A stretch of DNA of 64,000 nt from Gammaproteobacteria bacterium (GTDB taxonomy: Bacteria > Pseudomonadota > Gammaproteobacteria > GCA-2400775), in the NCBI GenBank assembly GCA_013151045.1, contig JAADIY010000028.1, forward strand, positions 8,335 to 72,334. Reading direction: 5' to 3'. Shown here piece by piece: positions 1 to 10,101 of the stretch (positions within the stretch are counted from its first letter, which is position 1; each line of letters starts with the position of its first letter). The notes beneath the pieces were generated by a model that ran no database searches, was not told the origin of the DNA, and worked only from the letters and a program-made list of their open reading frames with translations. The position numbers and the translations under genes are program-made.

Positions 1-105
1 AGGAGAGCCGCCGGTATTACCATCGAACTGGGCCGTCAACCGCGCTAAAATAGCCGGTCAAGTTAGTTATCAACTGGCACAGCGCCACGATTAATAAGAA
101 ACACT

Positions 106-585
106 ATGAATAAAATAGCAATTTACCCGGGCACATTTGACCCAATCACCCATGGCCACCGCGACATCGTGATGCGCGCCAGCCAACTGTTTGATCGCGT
201 CATTATCGCTGTATCAGAAAATACGCATAAAAATCCTGCATTTGAATTTGACGAACGAATTGCGCTAGCGAAAGAAGTATTAGCCGAATACAAGCACGCT
301 GAAGTAATAGGCTTTAATAACTTACTCGTCGATTTCGCGCGCGAACAAAATGCCAATACTATTATTCGTGGCTTGCGCGCCGTATCGGATTTGGAATATG
401 AATTTCAACTCGCTAGTATGAACCGCAAATTATCGCCAAACATCGAAACCATTTTTTTGATGCCCGATGAACAATACACTTATTTGTCATCAAGCATCGT
501 ACGCCAAGTTGCCGAGCTCAAAGGCGATATTAGTAATTTTGTCCATCCTAGCGTTGCCAAAGCGTTAACCGGCAAACACAGTTAG
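106..585 (+). CDS. coaD: phosphopantetheine adenylyltransferase
   Basis: 159 aa; N-terminal nucleotidyltransferase motif ([19 protein letters not shown]) typical of CoaD/PPAT. Confidence 0.9.
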   Translation: MNKIAIYPGTFDPITHGHRDIVMRASQLFDRVIIAVSENTHKNPAFEFDERIALAKEVLAEYKHAEVIGFNNLLVDFAREQNANTIIRGLRAVSDLEYEFQLASMNRKLSPNIETIFLMPDEQYTYLSSSIVRQVAELKGDISNFVHPSVAKALTGKHS

Positions 586-2551
<1,966 letters not shown>

Positions 2552-2698
2552 CAAACCTATTTGATTAAATTAACGAGCAAACCTGTCCTAGCTCTCAAGT
2601 TATAAATCGCAATTGGTCTGTTAACCTTAGGTGATGAATCTCGCCTATCGTTTCGCTGATGATACTATATCAATATCTACGGAAGCCTTAAAACCATC

Positions 2699-3340
2699 AT
2701 GTATTTGATACCTAGCCGGTCTACACAACTCGCTCGCTTGTTTTCACTCTTGTCTCAAGGGGAGCGCATCGCTCATATCAGTGCAGCCCAACAAAGCCAA
2801 TTGATGACTCAACATGGCAATACCGCACATGCAAAATTTTTCAAACAACAATCGCGGCAAGAGCGTTTTCACGCTCGTGTTTTTAGTAGCGCAGCATTAT
2901 GGATAGGCAGCGGAAAAACTAACACTTGCTGCAAGCATCTTAAACTGTTTGAGAAAAGTATAGAAAATGCTTTGCATAGAAGAGACATGACAGAGTCGAT
3001 ATTAGCTGTACAAGTCATATTAGAAAGCATAGGTAAAATCATACTAGAAGGTATTGACGCGCGGATGGAACGACAGCGTTATGGTTTTAAAAAAATTAGA
3101 GCCATTATCCTTGCGCAAGAAGCTGAACACCATGAATTTGGTCAAAACCAATTGCTACACTTAACGCAAAACACTAATGCCAAACTATCCGACATGCAAC
3201 AGCAGTCTCAGCACTATCAAGAGTTAGCTAATAATATATTTGACGAACTCGCGCCACTTTTTGATCACCTTGGTGCCGATATCAATCGTTATAAATCTGA
3301 ATTAAATAACGAAATTCCCGATCACTTAAAAACACATTGA
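2699..3340 (+). CDS. hypothetical protein, possibly ferritin-like
   Basis: 213 aa ORF with good coding look; 9 bp upstream of a GT2 gene, so probably co-transcribed; no firm family assignment. Confidence 0.4.
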   Translation: MYLIPSRSTQLARLFSLLSQGERIAHISAAQQSQLMTQHGNTAHAKFFKQQSRQERFHARVFSSAALWIGSGKTNTCCKHLKLFEKSIENALHRRDMTESILAVQVILESIGKIILEGIDARMERQRYGFKKIRAIILAQEAEHHEFGQNQLLHLTQNTNAKLSDMQQQSQHYQELANNIFDELAPLFDHLGADINRYKSELNNEIPDHLKTH

Positions 3341-3349
3341 TTAACCAAT

Positions 3350-4045
3350 ATGATTAGCATAATCATCCCTGTACTTAACGAACAAAAAGCACTGCCACAA
3401 ACATTAACCTCTATACTTAAACAAAAACATCTGACCCAACGGCTAAACGAAATCATTATCGTCGACGGTGGCAGCGATGATGATAGCGTGCTTATCGCGC
3501 AAGAATTTTCTAACACTCTTCCTATAAAAATCATCTCCGCCAAACAAGGGCGCGCCTCACAAATGAACGCCGGCGCGAAAATATCGCCTGCACCATGGCT
3601 ACTATTTTTACACGCCGACACACAGTTACCACTTGATGGTCTTGAAAGACTTTATCAGAGCACAAAAAAAACTGGCGTATTGGCCGTTTGTTTTAAACAA
3701 ACGTTTTCAGGAAATCATTTAGGGCTAAAATTTATTTCTTGGTTGCATAACTTACGCTTTCATCAGACTAAAATTATCTACGGTGATCAAGCAATGATGG
3801 TTAAGCGTGATACTTTCTTTAAAGTGGCTGGGTTTCCAGAACAAAAGACTGAAGACGTTTTATTTAGCAGGAAACTATTCGCTCTCTGCACACCTATCAT
3901 GCTCAATGCTCATGTCGTTACCGATTCGCGAAAATTTGAGCAAATAGGTATGTGGCGTGCGCTAATGCATGTTATTGGTATCCAGTTTCAACTTCGGCAC
4001 GGCCACACAGTGACACATCAAAAATTTTTTCAAAACTACCGCTGA
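3350..4045 (+). CDS. family 2 glycosyltransferase
   Basis: 231 aa; N-terminal GT2 signature IIIPVLNE ... IIVDGGSDDDS ... DxD-like region. Confidence 0.7.
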   Translation: MISIIIPVLNEQKALPQTLTSILKQKHLTQRLNEIIIVDGGSDDDSVLIAQEFSNTLPIKIISAKQGRASQMNAGAKISPAPWLLFLHADTQLPLDGLERLYQSTKKTGVLAVCFKQTFSGNHLGLKFISWLHNLRFHQTKIIYGDQAMMVKRDTFFKVAGFPEQKTEDVLFSRKLFALCTPIMLNAHVVTDSRKFEQIGMWRALMHVIGIQFQLRHGHTVTHQKFFQNYR

Positions 4046-4216
4046 TTTCAATTTGCCTGCTTACAACTAACGTCGCTACGCCTTATCACCTGGTTTTCGT
4101 ATAAAATAATCTCAAAAAAATATTAAAAAGTCGCATCACTAAAACTGTGCGCTACGCTTACTGGGTGAATCAAAGGATATTTTGTTGCGCTCTTCCGCGG
4201 AAAAATAATTGTAAAA

Positions 4217-5425
4217 ATGAGATTTTGCACTATAAGCGTATTCGTACTATTGACGAATATCACCTTTGCGCAAAGTTATAACTACCCACCCAAAAATTCC
4301 TATTTTGCTACGGCTATTAGCACACCCAGTGAGCTAAAATATCCGGCCAAATGAAATTAGCTATCCCAATATCAAAAAACTCCAGCTCTATCCTGACAGA
4401 AAAGTCTCACCTATATTTTGGCATGGCAATAAACATCGTGTAGGCATGAACACCCAAGGTTGGAAAAAACCTGTGCCATTAATTTTTTTGCTATCTGGTA
4501 CCGGTTCAAACTTTGAATCAGACAAAACTCATTTTCTACGCAATCTCTTTTATCAATCAGGCTTTCATGTCATCAGCCTATCCTCGCCAACAAGCGATGA
4601 ATTTGTTACCTCTGCTTCTCGCTCATCGAGGCCTGGTTTTGTCAGCGATGATGCAGAAGCATCTATATCACTTTATGCAGCAGGCCTATGCCAGCGTTGA
4701 AAACAAAATTAGCGTCAGTGAGTTCTATATTGCCGGTTTCAGCATAGGTGCTATGCCTGCCGCCTTTCTCGACGAACTCGATTCTCGCCGACAGCAATTT
4801 TGCTTTAACAAAATAATGATGATTAATCCGCCTGTACGACTTTATGATTCTGCGCAGCGGATTAACCAGTTTTTGGAACGCAATCTTTCCAATGGAATCG
4901 AAAATGTAGGCGTTTTTGCTGAAAGCATTTTTAATCGCTACCCCCCTATTTTTAACCAAAGTTGGTGGCAACGAAATTGACAGTGAGTTTCTGTTTACGC
5001 TGGAGAAACGTTTATTACTGACCGCTGAAGAACTAGAAATTATCATTGGCTTAGCCTTTCGTCTGACGGCTAGCAGTATGACCTTCGCTTTGGATACAAT
5101 GAATCGCTCTGGTTATGTCGTTCACCCAGGTGAGTGATTAACAACTGGCAATACATTAACCGGCCACTTCAAACAATCTCTACATTGGGGCTTTACTGAT
5201 CACTTCGATCGCATATTGTCCCCCTATGTTCAGCAATCAGATCCCAGTATAACTATTGACTCACTTAAGCAACCACTCAGCTTGGAGTCGATTAAAAACT
5301 ATTTAGCCTCGACTAAAACCATTGCTGCCATGACAAACTCTGATGACTTCATTATCAATCAAGCAGATTTGAAGTTTCTTACCAATACGCTTAACGGTTT
5401 ACCCATATGGCGGGCATGGCGGTAA
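4217..5425 (+). pseudogene. alpha/beta-hydrolase-like lipoprotein/secreted protein, disrupted
   Basis: Signal-peptide ORF (MRFCTISVFVLLTNITFAQS) stops at 4352. The reading continues in other frames (4353-4700, 4513-4980, 4916-5137, 5138-5425) and includes a GFSIG nucleophile-elbow motif. There are at least 3 frame changes near short homopolymers (4349, about 4635, the CCCCCCC run at 4945) plus an in-frame TGA at 5135-5137. Confidence 0.5.
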
Positions 5426-5484
5426 TTTTACTTACCGAGATACGTTAAATATTTTTTCAAATTTTTTGGCGCTGAGCCTGCGCC

Positions 5485-6142
5485 ATGAGCGCTAACATCA
5501 CTGCTAAAGCTCGATCACTATTGACGCTGCCTACACTAGTCTCTTTTTTACTGCTACTGACGGCGTGTGCATCAACACCAAAAGCTGCTGAACTCGAAGG
5601 CCCCCGAATTAAGAAGCGAACAGTTTAGCGAAGAATTTAATTTCCTCAATAGCTATGATCCGCTGGAATCATTTAATCGCCACATCTATAAATTCAATGC
5701 TAAATTTGATGAATATATTTTTCTTCCTATTCTTCGTACCTACCACTCGTTAACACCGCGCTTTGTCCGCAGCGGTGCTAGAAACTTTTTTGCTAACCTC
5801 GGTGAAATACCGGTGCTACTCAACTCAGCCTTACAAATAAAACCACAAAGCACACTCGTTACCGCTAGCAGGTTCATTATTAATGTCACAATTGGTGTCG
5901 GCGGGTTGTGGGATCCGGCAAGCAAGCTCGGGCTTAAAAAGCGCAATGAAGACCTCGGCCAAATCTTAGGGCATTACGGCATCGGCCCCTACCGCGTCCT
6001 GCCAATACTCGGCCCATCAAGTCTACGAGATAGTACAGCCGATATTACCGACCGCTTAGTCCAATCAGACATCAATTTTATTGGATTAGAGGAAGCTCTC
6101 AACGACGAACCCCTGCTATTTGGCCTAGAAGCCGTTAATTAA
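5485..6142 (+). CDS. mlaA: MlaA/VacJ lipoprotein, apparent frameshift between signal peptide and mature domain
   Basis: Lipoprotein signal (MSANITAKARSLLTLPTLVSFLLLLTAC) in frame 1 ends at TAG 5626. The MlaA body (DPLESFNR ... GPYRVLPILGPSSLRD) runs in frame 2 from 5567. The frames can be joined at the CCCCC run at 5601-5605. Confidence 0.7.
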
Positions 6143-6175
6143 CGCTATCTCAATCCTTTTCGCTATGGCGAATTT

Positions 6176-6215
6176 AACTCGCCATTTGGATGGCGAGTTA
6201 GTTCGTTATTTTTAT
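6176..6215 (+). terminator. rho-independent terminator after mlaA
   Basis: Perfect 10-bp stem aactcgccat / atggcgagtt with loop ttgg, followed by a T-rich tract (ttatttttat). Confidence 0.55.
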
Positions 6216-6310
6216 CTAAAACAAAGAAAAATTCTTATAGATCAATAACTTAATAAGAATTATACAGCCGAAAAGTAATCTCTAAAAATATAAAATACAC
6301 CTCGATTGAC

Positions 6311-6339
6311 TTGTCTGAAGACCAAGAACAATCTATAAT
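6311..6339 (+). promoter_or_regulatory. sigma70-like promoter
   Basis: TTGTCT (6311-6316), 17-bp spacer, TATAAT (6334-6339); about 40 bp upstream of a small ORF with a GAGG RBS. Confidence 0.4.
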
Positions 6340-6381
6340 CAGCAGCTAGATTTTATTGGTACTAGTTCTGAGGAATTCACC

Positions 6382-6504
6382 ATGTACAATATATTTCCAT
6401 TAATTTTGATCCCGGTCTTCATCTTCTTTGGTTTGGCTGTGTTTTTAGCTGGCTCTATGTCTGAAGCCGCAATTAGTTCATCACTCGCTAATAAAGACAA
6501 ATAA
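6382..6504 (+). CDS. small single-TM membrane peptide (40 aa), below ORF-track cutoff
   Basis: GAGG RBS 8 nt upstream of the ATG; MYNIFPLILIPVFIFFGLAVFLAGSMSEAAISSSLANKDK; shares a PLIL(L)IP...F core with the 38-aa peptide at 16131-16247. Confidence 0.5.
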   Translation: MYNIFPLILIPVFIFFGLAVFLAGSMSEAAISSSLANKDK

Positions 6505-6554
6505 GTAATCCGCGCGGCAATTGACCTTAATTGCCCGTCTGAACTTTTTCTAGT

Positions 6555-6582
6555 GCTGATAACCTAAGTTTAGGTTATCAGC
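6555..6582. promoter_or_regulatory. perfect 13-bp palindrome (candidate operator)
   Basis: gctgataacctaa-gt-ttaggttatcagc, 18 bp upstream of the 6600 start codon; no T-run follows, so it is unlikely to be a terminator. Confidence 0.3.
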
Positions 6583-6599
6583 CTTAAGTATCCCACCTA

Positions 6600-7115
6600 A
6601 TGTCTTCTACTGATCATGATCGGCGCCTTATTGCTTTTCTATTAGGCTCAGCATTCTTTTTGTTTATTGGCACAACCCATGGTGTCGTCCAAGTATTGCC
6701 TGGCATACGTGACTGGTTAGTATCAGTTGGAACGCCGGTCAGCGGGCCCGGCCATATGATTGATCCACTTGCGCATGCGCATATCAACTTAGTCGGTGGC
6801 ATGGTGCTGATAAGCATGGCAATGACCTATTATCTATTCCCGCGTATTGCTGGCTGCCAAATTTGGTCTGGTAAATTAATTAGTCATTCTTTTTGGTGGA
6901 CTGCAGCTGGAGTTGTCGGCTTTTACACAACACTCATGGTATTTGGCATCACTGAAGGCCGCTTGATGCGTGCTGGTGAGCTAGAACAACAAGCCGCCGT
7001 GCATACCTACTACGGCATGACCATTAGCGTGCCAGCAACCATTATGGCCATTGGTTTTTGGATGTTTTTTATTAACATCTTCGCAACCGCACGTATTTAT
7101 TTTAAGAACCGCTAA
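6600..7115 (+). CDS. membrane protein resembling the C-terminal helices of heme-copper oxidase subunit I (CcoN-like fragment paralog)
   Basis: 171 aa, 4-5 TM; HAHINLVGG ... YYLFPR motif parallels the HAHLALLGF ... YYGL heme-ligand region of the full CcoN-like gene at 17939-19345; paralog at 21321-21860. Confidence 0.5.
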   Translation: MSSTDHDRRLIAFLLGSAFFLFIGTTHGVVQVLPGIRDWLVSVGTPVSGPGHMIDPLAHAHINLVGGMVLISMAMTYYLFPRIAGCQIWSGKLISHSFWWTAAGVVGFYTTLMVFGITEGRLMRAGELEQQAAVHTYYGMTISVPATIMAIGFWMFFINIFATARIYFKNR

Positions 7116-7128
7116 TCACTTCAATATC

Positions 7129-7647
7129 ATGACCTTAGAGTGTGGTTGTCCAGAACATTACCCAAATGAATGGGATGGGCAAGACATCGATCTTAGTGGG
7201 CACTGTGTTCACTCTCACTCTATACCCACGTTCTTACATATGCCGATTAACTATGCCGGTCATATGATGCGTCAGGCAGCTTCAGTTAATGCCTTAGAAC
7301 TAAAAGAACGCTGGCCAGGTTTTACCCTAACGAGGACGGGCATGCTTGGTGGAGAAATTTTACGTCTTATCGAAGACACAGATTCGCCTTCAAGACTAGT
7401 CAAATATCTACCTATCAACTTCGACGTTCGCTGTGTCATTCATCAAGGCACCATGAAGACATTACGTGACAGTGCACGTGTGGTACAACAAGCTTTATTT
7501 GATGAAGGCAAATTACCCAAAGAAATGTACCTGTGCCATCTTACTTGCCCACGCTGTGCAGAGGAAAGAGGGGGTGACAAAATCTTATTATTACGTCGTT
7601 GGCAAGCCAGTACAACTTTGCAGACGCGTCTAAATAATCGAAAATAA
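7129..7647 (+). CDS. Cys/His-rich hypothetical protein, possible metal binding
   Basis: About 172 aa from an internal ATG (the longer ORF overlaps the previous gene); CGCPEH, HCVHSH and CHLTCPRC motifs. Confidence 0.4.
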   Translation: MTLECGCPEHYPNEWDGQDIDLSGHCVHSHSIPTFLHMPINYAGHMMRQAASVNALELKERWPGFTLTRTGMLGGEILRLIEDTDSPSRLVKYLPINFDVRCVIHQGTMKTLRDSARVVQQALFDEGKLPKEMYLCHLTCPRCAEERGGDKILLLRRWQASTTLQTRLNNRK

Positions 7648-7648
7648 T

Positions 7649-8029
7649 TTATTGCTCTTGAGGCCAAGGCAATTCAAAGTGCAATACTGTCTCTTCTGCA
7701 CCCCGTTTAAGTTTGACATAAAGATACTCGTCGCCTTCTTCAATTTTTACTGCGCGACGAAACACACCGATATGACCATCTTGAACCGATTGCACCCATT
7801 TAGCCGACTCATTTGAACGCAGCCAAACAATTAGGCTCGAAGCAGGAGCACCTTTTTTCTTAGTCGATTTCAGCCAAATTTCATTAAAACCAACCTTAAC
7901 TGGATAAGGGTGCGTCTCTATCTTAAATATGATGTCATTCCATAACTGCGCGGGAACACGTGCCTGGTCCCCTTTACTGCATGCAACCATAGATAATGAT
8001 AATAAAAGAATAGCGATAAGCTGACGCAT
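7649..8029 (-). CDS. lipoprotein, hypothetical
   Basis: 126 aa; lipobox LSMVAC; last gene of the tightly packed minus-strand operon. Confidence 0.45.
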   Translation of the reverse strand: MRQLIAILLLSLSMVACSKGDQARVPAQLWNDIIFKIETHPYPVKVGFNEIWLKSTKKKGAPASSLIVWLRSNESAKWVQSVQDGHIGVFRRAVKIEEGDEYLYVKLKRGAEETVLHFELPWPQEQ

Positions 8030-8034
8030 ATTAC

Positions 8035-8346
8035 TTATTGTTCCTTTGAGTGTTTCATTAAATATTCGATCACTTCATTAATTTCTAGTTCGGTAAGAAC
8101 TGGCATCGCTTGTTGCGAGCGGTGCACTTGCATACGCAATACTACTGCACGCCAATCTTTAGCAGCTTTGGTTTCCGGCTTGGGTGCAACATGACAACTA
8201 CCACAATATTCCACTAATGCAATTTGATTTTCAGAACCTGATGAAAGAGCCCTGTTTTCAATAGTATCCTCTTCAACACTACAACTCGCGCTAAGCATCA
8301 ATACTATAAAGAAAACTAATCTATTTACCTTTGCTCTGGTCACCAT
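8035..8346 (-). CDS. mono-heme c-type cytochrome (lipoprotein)
   Basis: 103 aa; signal/lipobox LSASCS; single CGSCH heme-binding motif. Confidence 0.6.
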   Translation of the reverse strand: MVTRAKVNRLVFFIVLMLSASCSVEEDTIENRALSSGSENQIALVEYCGSCHVAPKPETKAAKDWRAVVLRMQVHRSQQAMPVLTELEINEVIEYLMKHSKEQ

Positions 8347-8791
8347 CGCTATCTTTGCTTACTTTTGAGCTCTCATCAGCATCAGTCTTACTAGAGTTCA
8401 TACCAAACATACTGATCATGGCATAGATAAAACCACCTGAGATAGCGATATATACCAAAGCTAATCCAAAACCCCAATTAAACCATTCTCTTTCGAAACC
8501 TTCACGATCACCCCAGAATGGAAAGCTTAAGAATATCGCGAACAACAATACAGCAATAATCACCGCTACAAACCATTTTGGTATAGCAACTTGAGACTCG
8601 GAAACCTTATCAACCATTTCCCAGTCTTCTAAACCACGCTTAGCCAAACGCTCCTCTTCTGAAGCGTAGCCATAAAAATCATCTGATTTCTTACCCCACT
8701 CTTGCTCAATCGACTCTAAAGGCACCTGTTTGCCCGCTGATTCATCTGGTTCAGCAGACTCGACATTGCTCTCTTGCTTATTAGTAACCAT
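8321..8791 (-). CDS. membrane protein, FixH-like by position (downstream of FixG-like gene)
   Basis: 156 aa with 2 TM and acidic termini; start overlaps the FixG-like stop. Confidence 0.4.
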   Translation of the reverse strand: MVTNKQESNVESAEPDESAGKQVPLESIEQEWGKKSDDFYGYASEEERLAKRGLEDWEMVDKVSESQVAIPKWFVAVIIAVLLFAIFLSFPFWGDREGFEREWFNWGFGLALVYIAISGGFIYAMISMFGMNSSKTDADESSKVSKDSDGDQSKGK

Positions 8792-10101
8792 TATTTTTCC
8801 ACCGCTACGTGATGAACCCGAAAACTACGTCGCCAGCCATCTGTTGATTCTACTTTAACTAAAAATGGATATAAACCAGGTTCTAAATCATGACTGATAT
8901 TGAATTTGACATATTTTCTCTCAGCCGTATCAAATGACGCTATCGTTGACTGAAAACGGTATGCATCTTCATCCAAGCCCTCTATAGAGACTGAAACCTC
9001 AGCGGGCTGATAAAGCTTATGTGAAAGCGAAACACGAAATTCATTTTCATTTCGCCCTTGCGCTGTCTGTGTATCATAAACCGAGAACCGGTAAGGCTCA
9101 TAGTTGACCATGCCCCAACTAAACATACCAACACCTAGTGTTACCAATGGAAGGATCCAAAAGAAACGTGACCGTAGCGCCATCATCGCATTGCGTGGTT
9201 GTTCTTTTTTAACCTGACGTTCTCCCATCGCAAAACTCAACAAACTAGCCCCCATTTTACGTGACCCGCGAATGCTCTCACATGCTGTAATGCATTCGCC
9301 ACAATTAATACATGCATCATAAGTCTGCGTCTTTCGTGGGTCTATCTCAACAAAGCAAGACGTCTGACAAAAATTACAGCGCGCGCACTCATCAGCAGCC
9401 GATGTATCGTGAACAATATGTAATGTCTCTTTGGTCTTAAATGAATGCTGCCATACTTTATATACGCACATAAAACGACAAAAAAAATGTCGTAGGTAGG
9501 CAACATCAACAAATATAATTAATACACAAATACCATAAATATAATATTCCGAACCGTTCATTCCATCAGCTGATTGAAATGTAACAAAATCAAAAAGAGT
9601 ATCTAGTGGATAAAAATAAAGCATCGGGATAAAACCAGCCACCATAGAGAAACCTAGCAATATCGCACCCAAACCCAACCAGTTTACGATTTTATTTTTA
9701 CCTGACGATACTTTCATTGGCGCACCATCAAGCATCACCTCTGAATTCTTACCAAGCAGACGCCGATGCCAATAGTTAGCCCATTCAGACATAGTATTTT
9801 GTGGGCAAGACCATCCGCAAAATGCCGTCCCTAAAGCTGAATACGTAATAATTAAAGCGCTCGACACCATCAACCAAAAACCCATGATAATGAAAAAGTC
9901 ACCAAAATCAATTTGCCGATCTAGCACCACAAAGGCACCCGCTAAGATATCGATACGGAAAAAGCCTAAAACAGGAATCAATATTGCCACCAACACAGTA
10001 ATTGCTTGCAACAGTCTCCTGCGTCGGTGTATTTTTTGTCCTGGGCTATTACTATTGACAGCAATAATTGGGATATCAGAAAGAGAAGATGACTGACTCA
10101 T
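8791..10101 (-). CDS. ccoG: FixG/CcoG-like membrane-bound 4Fe-4S ferredoxin (cbb3 oxidase assembly / cupric reductase family)
   Basis: 436 aa; N-terminal TM helices; two CxxCxxCxxxC motifs (CARCNFCQTSC, CINCGECITAC); C-terminal Ig-like periplasmic domain. Confidence 0.75.
   Translation of the reverse strand: MSQSSSLSDIPIIAVNSNSPGQKIHRRRRLLQAITVLVAILIPVLGFFRIDILAGAFVVLDRQIDFGDFFIIMGFWLMVSSALIITYSALGTAFCGWSCPQNTMSEWANYWHRRLLGKNSEVMLDGAPMKVSSGKNKIVNWLGLGAILLGFSMVAGFIPMLYFYPLDTLFDFVTFQSADGMNGSEYYIYGICVLIIFVDVAYLRHFFCRFMCVYKVWQHSFKTKETLHIVHDTSAADECARCNFCQTSCFVEIDPRKTQTYDACINCGECITACESIRGSRKMGASLLSFAMGERQVKKEQPRNAMMALRSRFFWILPLVTLGVGMFSWGMVNYEPYRFSVYDTQTAQGRNENEFRVSLSHKLYQPAEVSVSIEGLDEDAYRFQSTIASFDTAERKYVKFNISHDLEPGLYPFLVKVESTDGWRRSFRVHHVAVEK

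Noticed and set aside
123-356. Antisense or overlapping ORFs inside confident genes (e.g. 123-356, 930-1181, 1015-1257, 18623-19126, 26932-27294, 45755-46147, 62603-63059)
   Set aside because: They lie wholly within longer, homology-supported genes on the other strand or frame, have low-complexity composition and lack RBS context. They are shadow ORFs.
6143-6250. Possible C-terminal extension of mlaA beyond the stop at 6142 (NPFRYGEF... in another frame)
   Set aside because: The extension would run through a strong terminator hairpin (6176-6215), so the shorter MlaA C-terminus is taken as real.
6516-6550. Hairpin ggcaatt/aattgcc after the 40-aa peptide as an intrinsic terminator
   Set aside because: The stem is only 7 bp and the T-run starts 9 nt after it, so it is weak. 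It is mentioned in the findings but not listed as a terminator feature.
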